The notes under the pieces: generated by a model
What the model saw: the letters and a program-made list of their open reading frames with translations, nothing else
What the model was told of the DNA's origin: nothing
The model's database searches: none
In this document: positions 24,791-38,421 of the stretch, piece after piece
Layout of the letters: each line of letters opens with the position of its first letter
Numbering within the stretch: the first letter of the stretch is position 1
Made by a program: the position numbers and the translations under genes
Assembly (NCBI GenBank): GCA_910592345.1
Contig: CAJVPI010000154.1
Location: forward strand, 1-48,067
Reading direction: 5' to 3'
Source: Paraglomus brasilianum
Lineage: Eukaryota
DNA: 48,067 bases

Positions 24791-26891
24791 ATGCATCCTA
24801 TATCTCGTACCGAATTCGCGACAATTATGTCGAGAATAGGAATCATACAACAAGCAAAACAAGTGGGTTTGTTATCAACAGAAGAGATAAAAGAATAGAA
24901 GCGCTTGCCTGCTGGGATGGTTAATCGGAACAATTAATAATTGATTAATACTAATGATGAAGACATTCCATCCTATGTTGTATTTTACCTTTTCATCAGG
25001 TATTGCCGTGTCCGGTGGAGTGGATAGCATGGCGTTATGCTATCTACTGAATAGATATACACGAGAGAAGAATGTTGGTTTAACCGCGTTCATAATAGAT
25101 CATGGATTACGTTCGGAGAGCTCTGAAGAAGCAAGACTAGTTGGTGAAGAGTTGAAAATAATGGGTATGTTGAATTTATTACATAAATTGACATATGGTG
25201 ACTTTCTCTTAAATGCGTCTCACTTCACAACAAGGTGTCTCCCACGTAATATCACGACTCACTTGGCCACTCTCTTCACCCGCCTTATCCACTGATCCTT
25301 CGCTTCCGCCAATGTCATCAAAACTCGAGACTCACGCGCGCATAAACCGTTACTCTCTCCTCGCCACTCACCTCGCCACTCACCGAATATTAATTCTATT
25401 TGTCGGCCATCATTTAAATGATCAAATTGAGACTTCAATAATGAGACTCGCTCGAGGAAGTGGAATAGACGGATTGGCTGCAATGAATACAATGGCGAAG
25501 ATTCCGGTGGTAAGAGGCATCGAAGCGATAGGGATTCAAGTTTGTAGGCCTCTAATTGGAGTCGAAAAGGTGAGGAAGCATGAATGTTAAAGACGAGATG
25601 TAAGACAATAGACTGGTTGTTAATAAAGGTATTTACAGTCTCTGTTGCCTATCTCATTGATTTATTGTCATTAGGTTCGACTAAAGCACACCTGCATATC
25701 GGCCAACGTAAAGTGGTTTGAAGATCCGACCAACAGTTCGCACAAGCATAAAAGAAATGTAGTCCGATCTGCTCTAAAATTATTCAACGATAGATACCAG
25801 AATGGTAGCGAGGCTTACAAGGCATTGTCAACTGATAAACTGGCAAATTTTTTATTTCATATGAAGACACATAAAGATGCCATTGATTTACAAGGTATGA
25901 AAAAAAAAAAAACTGTATTGATGGATTTACTGTTACGAGTAGAGCTCATTCATTCTCTTAACTTTTAGTTGCCAAAATTCTCTCTTCTGATTGCACACTT
26001 TTTGACTCTCAAACTGGAGCGGTTCTGCTTTTTATTCCGGAATCGTCGGCGTCTCTGAAATCACACTGGTTCATGGAAGGTTATATTGCTAAGAGAGTGT
26101 TAGGAAATATTATAAAATGGGTGAGATGTAGTGATCATGGTCCACGATTAAAGGATGTCGAGAAAATCTATGGGGAGATTAAAAGGAGCATATTCAATGG
26201 CATGGATATAGAATTTGAAAAGAGGTGGGAAGAAAAAGATTCCAGGAAAAATGATAATGTAATTAGCAATTGTACTGGCATGCATCACACATACACGCCC
26301 TTGCACCTCCCTACGGTCCATGGAGTAACTACAACTCTCTTCAAGACTGCGCAATTTCCGTTTCATCCGCAGTATCCTTCCACCACGCAAATGCTGGTTA
26401 TTCTCCTGTCCCGCCAACGGCCTACGGCTATCTCTTCACTATTTACTCCAGTTGCTCTTAAACCTTTTCACACCAATCTTTATGATGGCCGATTTTTCAT
26501 TTCTCTCTTGTCAAGCTACAGAACGGACCTGTTCGTCAGAGCATTCAGAACAGAGGATGAGAAACAGATCAAACAGTGGGGTGAGCCGGAATGGAAAAAA
26601 GCGAAAAGGAAAACAAGGGGGGTCATGTGTGTTCCACTAATCTATGGCAGAGTTCGGAAAGAAAGATCAAGAGACGACGCTAATTGGCTTGATGATACCC
26701 TTTATGCACATCAAGAACACGAGTCGTCTTTTAGCCATGATGCAATTGTCCACCAAAAAGACGGTTGTTATTCATACCAGGTTTTAGCTGTTCCTTCCTT
26801 GGGAATAGGTGTAGATCAAGAGATTAAACAAAAAGTTAAAATTTGGTATCGTGGAGATATGCTTGTTGATTGGAATGTGGGCGAAGTGTGA
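24791..26891 (+). CDS. tilS: tRNA(Ile)-lysidine synthetase-like PP-loop ATPase (exons 24791-24866, 25000-25164, 25235-25569, 25675-25894, 25969-26891; about 572 aa)
   Basis: GIAVSGGVDSMAL (PP-loop), IIDHGLR.ES..EA, ARINRY, GHHLNDQIETSIMRLARGSGIDGL, CRPL, WFEDPTN...RNVVR. Four GT-AG introns keep the frame. Confidence 0.9.
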
Positions 26892-28880
26892 TGTAAATTC
26901 TTACGTATAATCGTAAAATACACAAAGGATGCGCATTTACAATAAATTCCGAGGGAATGTTAATGATATAGAGCATGAGTTGTGTATATGTATTGCTGTA
27001 ATCGCAAAGGTATATCAATTGTCGCACTAGTGAACACAAACGATATAACGTGTGTCTTTGTACAGCCAACATGCTTTCTCAGCATCAATAATTGCCATGC
27101 AACCACAATTCTGACAAGTATGGCTAGATGTTTTTTTTAATATGGTATTGTCAACAATAAACAGTTTATCTTTTCTTTAGGCGCCACATGACAAGCAGTT
27201 TTTTGATGAAAAAAAAAGAGAGAGTAGATAGATAAAGCTATAACTCAAACATAGTGCCATATCAAAGCGACTTTTTGTTCTGACGGAAAGTTGAGGGCGG
27301 CCAACCCTTTTTCTTCTCCGGAAACCGCTTTAATATACTCCAAGTTATTTAATTCTCATAAATCTTTTTTTGGCTACTAAAATTAACTTGCTGGGAAGGG
27401 AATGTCTCACATTCTCGCTGCGAATCACAAAAACGGTTGTACGAAGCATTGTTTAATAAGTACCAGGCATGCTATGGTATGGTTTTTTGTGTGTTCTGCA
27501 CTTGCGCTGCAACAAAGTGACAAGATTACTAAGAGATAGGATCAACAATAATGAACTTCATAGGCTTTCCATAGTGTCAATAAAAAAGTCCAAGTGCACA
27601 CAGATAACGGTTTTATCAACCATGTGATATATATCCATATTAATAGAATAAGAATTTTGTATAACTATATATTTATATGGAAATACATCCTCTTGCGCTC
27701 ATATTTCGGTGTTGACTATCGGACATTGCTGTACGGAGATTTGGAAGCACCCGTATTTCCTCGCAAGAGAAGATTGGATGTTCCGATGATTGAGAGACTC
27801 GGTCAAGGGTTATCGGAAGAGAAATCTTGGCCTGATCGCGGTCAATGATCACACTACTAGACTTAGCAAGAGAAGCTCTAGAACCTTATCCGTCATACGT
27901 CAGACTAGTGTCATCGGCTGAAACGCCATTATAATTCATTGACGGTATTTAATGAAACAACGGAGGTGGCTTAGACAGCACAATATGGTATATAATATAA
28001 GATTATATAATTATAATGATGATGTCAATGTTTTGAAAGAGAAAGAGAATCCCATCATTCTTTTGCCAACTGCGTAACTGACCAAGCTGTAAAAGTAATC
28101 TACACAATTGGTTATAGCGTCAGGGAACAGGATGGTGATGTCAATGCCATTCGGTGGGTGGCAATACAAATATTCCTACATGATGTGATGACTAACCCAG
28201 ACTAACCCGTATCGTAATCTGTTGGGATTAACGTAGTTGGGCATCGATAATAGATTCTTGGGCATGTGCGAATATAGGATGTGTCTCTTTCAGAAGATCT
28301 GCTTGTTTTTTCAGGTTAGCCAGTTGGATCGCTAGATGATGATGCCGATGATATTACTATCTTTTGTTGAAGAGTGCGTGTTGTAAAGTGGATTACTGTT
28401 TCCGTGCTACATGTCCGGCGATTAACCATAATAAGCGTTATTAGTGTTGTTCTTTCTTATTTCCTATTATTATTGTATTAATATAACCAGTTGGATATTA
28501 ATATAAAACGCAGCTCCTCCACAATGAGATCAACAGTGAAAATACGGCTGATACCCGAATGTGCGTGTGCGACAAATACGCAGCTACCAACGTTTATATA
28601 AGCACACAAAGAACTTTCTGGGGGAGGGATTTCATTAAATTTGGATGTAAAGGGTACGTTGTAGGTTTTGGATTTGGTCGATTAGGAAAATTTTGAGACT
28701 TCGGGAAACAATTAATATAGCAATAGACATGGGGAGATAATACATGTATATTAATATTATTCTTTATATTTATTAATATATGTTCGCTATATCACTGTTA
28801 CCACTGTGCCACTCCGACTGCTTCACGTTTGACTACATAAACTCCAGTATTCCTCCGTTTCACTCTGACTTTTTATTCTC

Positions 28881-31800
28881 ATGGAGATGGCCATAATTAT
28901 CAATAATACATGGGTCGAATTAGTTGATCCTCAAACTGAAAGAGCCTTTTACGCCAACACGGTAAATAGTCTATTCACTTCCTTTTGGAAAGAAAAGAAA
29001 AGAAACAAGAGACCCTGTCTTACTTCGACATAGCAAAAAAGGCAGAGAAACATTTAAGAGAATTTTATTTATTTTATGCAGAGTGACGTTTGGGCGTTTC
29101 CAAACCGTAGTAGTATTTTTATTATTATTTCACTTATTTGGCAAACCAACTTCTTTCATTGACTTAGAAAACCGGCGAATGTGTCTGGGATTTACCAGAG
29201 GACGTAGATCTGTAAGTATTCCGTATTATGTGAATTACAAAGAGGAAAGAAGAAGAATGTCAGAGTAAAAGAGAGATTGCAAGAGTGTGACAAGTGTGCG
29301 AGATTACAAGAATACGAGTTTGCAAGACTGTGAAACTAACATTACCATAACACTACCAACGCTTGTTCTTTTAATTAGCTACCCAAGAAATCCAAACGGT
29401 GAATGGTGGGAGTTTTTCGACGAATACCATCAGTTGCCTTATTATTATCATACTAAAACGGGAGAAACTGAATGGCTGAGACCACAACACGGTATCATTA
29501 TACCCTTAACAATGATACAAGTATGTATGCATGCAGAGAACTGTGCAAATATCGAATTTATATTAATTGGTAAACGTTGCCTCCTTCGGGTATAGACTTC
29601 GACAATAGGGAAACGAATGTCTGTGGCATTGGTTCCATCTGACGAAGATATAAATATAGAACAAATACACCAAGAAAATCTTATTCGTAGATCACATGCA
29701 TCTTCCACACTTTCACATATATACAGCACACAAAATACGGATGTCACGGGCAAGACACATAACACTGAAACCATGCAAAACTCGCATAGCATGGATAATG
29801 CAAATAATACATATAACATGGATAACACCGCTTCATCATCATCACCATCATCCGCATCTGCATTTTCTTCTTCTCCTTCTTCTTCTTCCTCGTCTTCACC
29901 GCATGCACAACAATCCGACTTCTCCGCATCTTTATCATCATCCGCTTCCTTTTCTTCTTCTCACAAACAACAACACAATAAACCAAGTGCTCTATCACTT
30001 TCTTCCTCTCCCGACATTTCAAACTCAATTTCGCCACCGATATCCCCGTTGTCTATACCCTTGTCAGCAAACAGTATCGGCAATCAATCAGAAGTGGATT
30101 CTGGAGGCCAAGATACCAGTGTTTCCCCAATTACCCAAAATCGAGATGTGAATTCTCTTGGAGAAAAGAGTATCAACAACCCTGATGATGCAATATCAGT
30201 AATATCGAGTGACTTTAGTGGAAGCGACGCAGGGGGACGGAAACAATTGTCTCTACTTCGTACCAGGTCTCAGACAGAAATCGATACTACGCCAGCTTCA
30301 CAACGAACTATTGGACATACTTCAAAGGTATGCACAATGAGAGTAATGTGGATTAGGAATGTAGTATCATTGAGATAATATCATTGAACCAACCCCCGTC
30401 AGTTATAACCGTAATCGCTCACACGTTCTTCACCTATTTTACACATTCTAGTCTGCAGAAGATCTTAAAAGACTTCGTCCCTCTAAATCCCAAACGTCTG
30501 TGCTCTCGTCTGAGAATTCAGATGATCGATCGGGTTCCGATCTTTTCTTATGTGGATCGGTGCGTAAATCGCCTAAACTTGCCGAATACGCAAAAAATGT
30601 TGGAATTAGTGAGCCCATTATAAATAACGGTAAGTGTTACGCATCAAATGTCAATATCGTTGATGACTGTGTGCAGTTGTTTGTTTGCACAAATATTTCT
30701 TACCAGTCTCTTTTGTATTAACGTCTATTCAATATTTGTTAACAGATGCAATTTTTGCAATGAAACCAAATATTTTCCCTATATCTGACGGGAATGAGAA
30801 TGATAGTACATCACCAATTCATATCACGGGGTAAGTTGCAAGATGAGGACGGGGGGAACGAAGAGAACGAATCTGCACATGAAATTCATCAATCCTTGTT
30901 CCTTTATTCATTTCCAACGTTTTACTTTTGAATCAGGAAGGTAATGGCTCTTCCACCAGATTTACAAGAAGAAATCAATAAATTCCGTGTTGAAGGCTTT
31001 GCCGAAAAGTATTTCAATACTCACAAAAAAGGGATATTTAGACGCCGAATACCTGTTGACAAGTTGCTCGAGTTTCAAAGAGTACATATTTTATCCAGCT
31101 CTCTATCTCATTGTCTGTTTCCTATTTGCGCGTTTCTTTAACACTGGTATTTCTTGTCGAATACAGGAATCTCTCCACCTACCATTAATGATCATACAAA
31201 ACAAACTGGTTCATAAAATTGCTTTGAAATGCTTCAAGGCAATTCAGCGAATAATGGGAGATAGGTCGCGACCGAGGCTGATACACACGCCTTCTACACC
31301 TCTTATGGAAACACAGTGGTTGTTGAGTAAGGGCATATTATACGGCGAGTTGCGTGATGAAATTTATGTACAGATATGTAAACAGCTTTCTAATAACCCA
31401 AATAAGTAAGTGTGAGAGTGAGGAGACATGAATGATTGGATGGCTTAGAGACCTTGTAATCGAACTTTGCACATAAAAATGGATATTAATCATGTCCATT
31501 TATTTTTCCAGAGTGTCTGTCAGCAAGGGCTGGGAATTACTCTGCGTGGTCTCGGTGACTTTCCCAGTTTCAAAAAACTTTGAAGCTTTCGTAATGCGGT
31601 TTGTGACTGGACATTTCGACATTAAAGAGAATAATATTGATACGATCAGTAGATATGTGCATTCGCGCCTAATTAAGATAGCCAAATGTGGGCCTCGTGG
31701 AAAAGTGCTTACGTACCCTGAGATTGAACGAGCAAAGGTAAGTTGACAATAAGTATTTATTATTATAATATTACTATTACTGTCATTATCTAACAAATCT

Positions 31801-32639
31801 CACTTATAGGTAGCGCCGTTTCATCCTTCAGTATTTGGCGCAAAGCTAGACGACATAATGAAATTACAGAAAAAACAATATCCTGATCTCAAAATACCAA
31901 GGATATTGCCCTTTTTGTCCGTTGCTATTCTCAATCTACAAGGCAAAACATCGGAAGGAATATTTCGAGTACCTGGTGACGTAGACGCTGTTGCTGAACT
32001 GGTGAGTACTATGAGTTTGAACACTTGCATCAGTTACTGAAAAATACGGGCTTTCCGTTTTTTTTATTCTTTATCTCTCTTTTGTTCACGCGTGATTAAC
32101 TTATTTTCCGAACATTTATCATATTAGCGACTTCGTATTGAGAATAACAGCTACGACATAACGGGAATAGCAGACCCAAATATTCCATCCTCACTTTTCA
32201 AATACTGGTTGCGCGAATTGACGGATCCGTTGATACCTTCCGAATTCTATGATGAGTGTATTCAATGCTCCGACGACAGTGACGCTACGATCGAGATTGT
32301 GAAAAAGTTGCCGGAAATCAATAGGAGGGTGGTTGCGTTCACGATTAACTTTTTGCAGGTAAGGTTCAATCTATAATCGTAATGTGAAATATACACGCGA
32401 TTTGCTTACACAACTAAAATGAATTTCTACCTCTCTGCAATAACTAGCTCTTTGCTGATCCAATGACAATAAAATCCACCAAAATGAACATTAATAATCT
32501 TGCAATGGTCTTTGCGCCTAGTTTTCTCCGATGTCCATCTGAAAATCTTGCAGTGGTTTTTGAGAACACAAAGTATGAGCAGGCATTTGTAAAGACACTG
32601 TTAATCAATTTCAAGGAGAATTGTGATGCTGAATTTTGA
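28881..32639 (+). CDS. WW-WW-MyTH4-RhoGAP protein (ARHGAP39/Vilse type), about 12 exons
   Basis: WW1 WVELVDPQTERAFYANT|KTGECVWDLP, WW2 WWEFFDE...YYYHTKTGETEWLRP, Ser-rich linker, MyTH4 LRDEIYVQICKQL...KGWELL, RhoGAP SEGIFRVPG, SLFKYWLRELTDPLIP, TKMNINNLAMVFAP. Confidence 0.92.
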
Positions 32640-33110
32640 CAAGGTACAATAAGGTAGTATGCCGACTTTGTGTGCAAAGATAATATCCCACTTACGAATG
32701 GGTTTCTTCTGTAAAGCTAGTTTTTTTTAATTTAATCGTCGTCTCCTCGTCTCCATCATCACCATTATTATCGTCACCATTATCATCCATCATCTTTATC
32801 TGCTGGCCAGACTTATTTCCATATTTGTATTAATTAATTAATGTATTTCACCACAAAAAGATTTCGATAAAAGTAACCGCTGACTAATTGTCACATAATT
32901 GTCACATAATTCATAAAACTGAACTGCATACACATACAAAAGAATAATGGTTATTTTCATAATTAAAGGTTTGTAGTGAGGCCGTCGTCATATGAACCAT
33001 TTTTAATTCCACAGCCACTACGATAGATCACCAGATTGTTATTGGTAGTAGAAAGTAAGATTTTATTAATTAATTAATGGGTAAACTTTATTCTCTGACA
33101 GTACAGATTA

Positions 33111-33752
33111 TTAGTTATGAATTCCCATAGCGTTTTCGGCAGTCGCCACGCCTTTCCCACGAGTTTCATTAATGGCTGCTAGAATGAAGAAAGTGTTGGA
33201 ATGAAATCTGGCTTGGCGAATTCCGTTTGATCACTCCTTATTTATTATTAGCATCTCAAAGGCTCCCTCAAACAAGGCTCCCAAATACATACCGAAAGAC
33301 CCGGATGTTTCCTTGCCTGTGTTATGTATCATACCGTCTTCTAGTATGATCTCAAGCACATCCATGTTTTTGCTAGTACCAAACGTATTTTCTAATCTTT
33401 GTTTCGATGGACGTCCAGCGATTCCGTCATTGCCACCACCAAAGATTTCGAATATATCAAATGCTATAATTAAAACAGAGGCAGTGATGGTGTTATTTTC
33501 AAGGTTGAATTAGATTAGTTTCGATAAATAGCAAGACATACATTGTACTACGTCCGTTAATGGAATAGATTTATCCTTACGCCACTTTTTTACCTACGAA
33601 ATAAATAATATCAATACGATTATTCTCAAAAGAAGAGAAATGAAATCGTTTCTGTCCATTCCATCTACCTCTTCGGGATACGCATACACAAAGTACTCGT
33701 CCCGGCTTCCTTGTGGCTTGTAAATAATTCGCGTGCCTTGAGCGGTAGACAT
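33111..33752 (-). CDS. Rtc3-like SBDS N-terminal-domain protein (exons 33752-33669, 33593-33542, 33463-33293, 33178-33111)
   Basis: Spliced product MSTAQGTRIIYKPQGSRDEYFVYAYPEEVKKWRKDKSIPLTDVVQSFDIFEIFGGGNDGIAGRPSKQRLENTFGTSKNMDVLEIILEDG...; the last acceptor has an alternative at 33236. Confidence 0.85.
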
Positions 33753-34538
33753 GGTGCAGTATGTGCAATATTGATTTTTTGTTTGCTTGCTGCAATTCCT
33801 CCACTCATATATATATATATATAAATGTTAAATATGACGTTATGATGATGTAATGCATACATCGCAGGCTAGATCATGTTCCCGGGCGAATGTTTTAGAC
33901 CTTATAGGGGGTAAATCACTGATCTGTGCTCTTCGCTCTCTCTTCATCAGTGAGATATTGCAATGCAACCAGATAACGTCAACATTAGTCGTATTCTTTG
34001 GAAAAAGCGAACTATCGAGATATGATGCACTGTTTCATGTAATAATGTGTATGCAAATGTTACTTTACACAGCCTATTACTATTACTGTTATTCTCGAAA
34101 GGATGATTGCGTGATTTTTTTTCGTAGCATCTGATTGGTTTTTCCCCAATGTTTAGGCACGGTTTGCGCCATATATCTATAATCGGGAATTTCCCTTCCA
34201 GGTCGCACAACCTGCCAGGTCGTACAAATTCGAAATATTGGATAATAGATCATCCCTGTTTTAATTCAATTCTCTATAATAATAATAATAATCTCCACTC
34301 TCTACAATCACCTTTATTATATAGACACACATACCCACCCATTATACACATATTAATATTTGATTAATCCCAAAGAAATGGTATTATCAAGCGTCAGTCT
34401 GCACTAGTTTATCGATTCAGTCAATGGAATATCATCCAAATAATACGGTACGATATGCATCGCTAGAAACACAAGTATGCGATTAAGGTAATTCATGCAA
34501 CATACCCTGTTAAATCAATTATGTCATCGTGTACTCGA

Positions 34539-34739
34539 TACCATTGAATCATACGATTAAAACGAATTGTACCATTGAATATCATACGCTAAAACAAATC
34601 GTACCATTGAATCATACGATTAAAACAAATCATACCACTGAATCATACGATTAAAACGAATTCGTACCATTGAATCATACGATTAAAACGAGTCGCACCA
34701 TTGAATCATACGATTAAACGAATCGTATATCATTGAATA
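34539..34739. repeat. Minisatellite, ~31-bp unit, ~6 copies
   Basis: Consensus TACCATTGAATCATACGATTAAAACGAATCG, head-to-tail with point variants and no spacers. Confidence 0.9.
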
Positions 34740-35020
34740 TACTTATGTCAAACAATAGCACAGATGATCTGATATTTGTATTCCTACAATGGTGATAGAG
34801 GTCTGCATGCTGTGACCCACAAATTTGATAACTCGAAAGTTCTTAGCCTAAATTCCGACTCTTTACTAACAACTTACAACAAGGGTGACACTATACCAGA
34901 ACAACAATGATGCACAGTAATTCTTTAATCGAAAGTAAAAGAGTACAATTAAGAAATAGTAAAAACCACTGTAACGTGTTATGTCTCAGAATGTAATGGG
35001 TCCGTATTATTTCATCGACA

Positions 35021-35113
35021 ATAATTTCACCGACAGTACATTTCACCGACGATTAACTACTAAAAAAGGATAAATTCGAAATAATGTTGGTAAATATTTG
35101 TCGGTGAAATGAT
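35021..35113. repeat. Small foldback element
   Basis: ATTTCACCGACA (partly duplicated) ... TGTCGGTGAAAT. Confidence 0.55.
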
Positions 35114-36929
35114 TACCTCCCATATGAAATTACCATCTAATATATTTTCGATAGACGGATTTAGTTGTGTCTCATGTATTAGTATCTCAAGCGGTAGTAC
35201 GAGGGTTGTTCGATACCCACTTCATTACGTGCTCTCGTGATTGATACAATTGTATTTATTTAGTAAACGTGCTAATCTCGTATTCTTCAGAAAAGCATAA
35301 GCGGGTCGAGTGGGTGAATAATTCATATTCATACATAATTCGTTTACTCTAGTGATTCTTCGATTATATTATCCTCGACGGTTAGAATTCTAAGTTAACC
35401 TCACGAATACTCGTAATTATCCCCTGATGTTAGTTTAAATAAATTGCCTAACAACTACAATTGCGCGTACATTAATATTAATTCCACTTCGACATTAAAC
35501 CTTAGTGTAGTATTATTTTTGCCACTGACATGAGTCGAATAGGTACGACGTTCATATGTAACGGCCGAGTCTATTCCAACCGTATAGATTTCATCGAATA
35601 TATAGTCATATCCAATAACCCTAACAAATCTTCGCTCATAATTCACTGGAACCATTAATTCAAGCATACTAGTCGAGTAAGTTCCTAGTTCTTCGCCGCG
35701 AGAAAACAAAATTCACTAGGACTTTCATTCCGCGTGGAAAACTTGAAACAAATAAATAAAGAATCGATGTTGACAATTCACGCTGCCGATGAATACGAGT
35801 ATTAATGTGTTTTGATACTTGTCGGAATGCGATTCATGGTTTATCAGCAACGTAAAATCCACCGTTACAACTGGAACCTCATTTTTCGAAAAGCAAAAAC
35901 CTACGTATTGCATCCGTTTTTTCATGGAGAAGAACTAAAATCAATAGCGCATATTTTTTACAAAATAAAACCCGCATATCTTCTTGATCGTTAATATGAA
36001 GGCACACTGTATGCGGTCAGCGATTTGAACAATAAAGCCATTCCTGATACCTTGAATACGGAAATGTGTCATCTTAACAGTTAAAATGACAATTGTCTGT
36101 CATTCGACAATATCGCGCATCTTAATTCTGACAATACTTTTTTTTCATTCAAACACTCGTTCGTTCGATCAACCAGAATCGAGCCTTCTTTGCGGACGTA
36201 TACCTTGTCTCCTGGCATGCTGATGACTAAACAGTCCAACAAGTCAAGTACACAGTTTCCCTTAAATCGAATTCCGCATGCGAACTAACCGCCACAATTG
36301 CGCGCATTAGGCAACTTGAACAGCGTTATACATTTAATATATGTAAGCAGGTTAAACTCACGGTTGCAAGAATGTTCGCATATTCCAAGTCAAGATTCAA
36401 TTCATATTATTCTCAATTGACAATCTTCAAACAGACCAAATCTCCTGTCCCGCAACTTTATTCTGTACTTTGTACATACCATTTACGGTACAACTGTATG
36501 AAACTATCCTGCGTCGTTGTCTGTGGTTCACATTGTTTGGTCTTCATAGTAACGACGAATGTTGTTGGTTAGTATTGTTTCCCACCGGCCACACGGTTCG
36601 AATAGTGAAACCTTCATTTGGAATGTGACACGAATCAAAGAATGGAAGACAAGTTAATGAAAAACATACACAAGGGATCTCGTTGTCTCTTGTTCTCAAT
36701 AGAGAACAAGTAAAGACCCACCCCTCACGCGTGCGTCATGTACTACAGGCGAAAGCCTTATAACCTTGTTGACTGTAAAACAGTCTCTTTGCTGTCTTAG
36801 CCTGAACATTTACGTTGCATGTGCATTCACTCTGGATTAGTGAAAATATATTACTTATTCTAACATTCATTCGCTCTGGAAGTGAAAAAAAAAAAATCAA
36901 CCAAAATAATTACACTCGCACACATAGAC

Positions 36930-37953
36930 ATGGCAACAACGACATTGAGTAACTCTGAAAGAAGAACATTACAGTCATCACAAAAGGAACGCGGCTGCTT
37001 CTTTGCATACTCCTCTCACTCTCTCATATATCGTACTATCAACGTCACTATCGCCTATGTTCTCTACACATTTATTACTTTCCTATTGATCGGGTTTACG
37101 CTGTATATTGTCTTCAGATTTTGGACTAAACCGACTAGTGAATGGGTGACCGCAAGCGATTATGGAAGTTCAGTGTACGGTGCTGTGTTTATCTGTGCCC
37201 ATTGGGTCGGTGGAGTTTTGGTCAACCTGTGTGGTGAGTTGAGCTGGCTGGGACGACATATTATTAGTAATGTTATTTAGTTTTGGTTAGATCAATGAGG
37301 GGAGAGGGGATTCGTTGGTTATCGGTGATTTCCATATTTACCGTCAAGGTACAAGACATATTAGAATCTTTGTTTTCTCTATTGTCAAACTAATGCGTAC
37401 AATTTACCGTCCATCATCAGGTCCGATCCAACTCCTTCCCTACATACGTCGTAAATATATAATTATTCATCGCTATTCCGGACGTATTTACATTCTAGGC
37501 TGTGTGACAGCCTCGATATTCGGCTTTATTTACATCTTCACTCGCTCTACAGTCGGGGGTGCAGCCACGGATCTCCCATTCGCAATGTACGGCATCCTGC
37601 TCATATCATACGCCATGTTAACGATTTTCTATGCGCAACGCAAACAAATCGCTATCCACAAACGATGGGCGGTAAGAACGTTTGCACTCGGAATTGGATC
37701 TGCATTGTATAGGCTCTACGTGTCGCCGATATTTATTTATGCCGTTTCGGACAGGCAGAGCAGCGTTGCTGGGGAATTGGACTATGAGGAAAAAGTGAAA
37801 TGGTTGACGGTCGCCGCATGGCTTTTTTTCCTTCCCAATTTGGTCGTTGCAGAGATATGGATTTTGTGGTATTGGGGATATGAAGTGAGCGAGGATGATA
37901 TAAGAAATGCTGAACAGAGTAATGGGAGAGATCCAGAAGTGCGGCAAGTATGA
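36930..37953 (+). CDS. DUF2306-type multi-pass membrane protein (exons 36930-37233, 37421-37953)
   Basis: AHWVGG...GPIQLLPYIRRKY..IHRYSGRIY...G...AIHKRWAVRTFAL...RL pattern with several hydrophobic segments; phase-1 GT-AG intron. Confidence 0.82.
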
Positions 37954-38226
37954 AGAGTGTTTTACGGTCGTCGTGACGGGCTTTTGCGAGTGTCATTATT
38001 GATAGATCATTTGGCAATGTATTTTATTGAGCACTGCATGCATTATAGAATATTATGTACATAAAATAGACAGCATCAAATAAAAAAGATATGAAACGTA
38101 CAGCAAGTAACCAGTGCAACACACTATTTTAGAAGGGTACGTCGAGAGAAAAAAAAAACCTGCCGTATCGGAATTTATGTGATAGCATAGTGGGTCAATT
38201 ATTTATAGAAACAGACACTACTACTA

Positions 38227-38421
38227 TATAGTCACACCATTTTGGCACAATGCAAATTTTGAAAAAAGTTATTATAGACATATGTGACTAGAGACAGAGT
38301 AAATTGCTTATGTTCTATTATGAAACTGGCACTAGAGAGAATGTAGGAGAGTGTGACTACAGACAGAGTTTTCATGTGGTGTGACTATAAACGAAGGGAC
38401 TATAGACAGTAATTCACTGTA
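38227..38421. mobile_element. DNA-transposon end with subterminal repeats
   Basis: Repeated (GT)GACTA.AGACAG units, inverted TATAGTCACACCA/TGGTGTGACTATA, terminal TTCACTG-TA. Confidence 0.5.

Noticed and set aside
29696..30151. His-rich 151-aa ORF and antisense Lys/Met-rich ORF
   Set aside because: Alternative frames of the Ser-rich TCA/TCT low-complexity exon of the RhoGAP gene.
34539..34739. CRISPR-like array of ~31-bp repeats
   Set aside because: Units are contiguous with no unique spacers, there are no cas genes and the context is eukaryotic; it is a minisatellite.
35455..35994. Cluster of short ORFs
   Set aside because: No consistent splice model or recognisable domain found.
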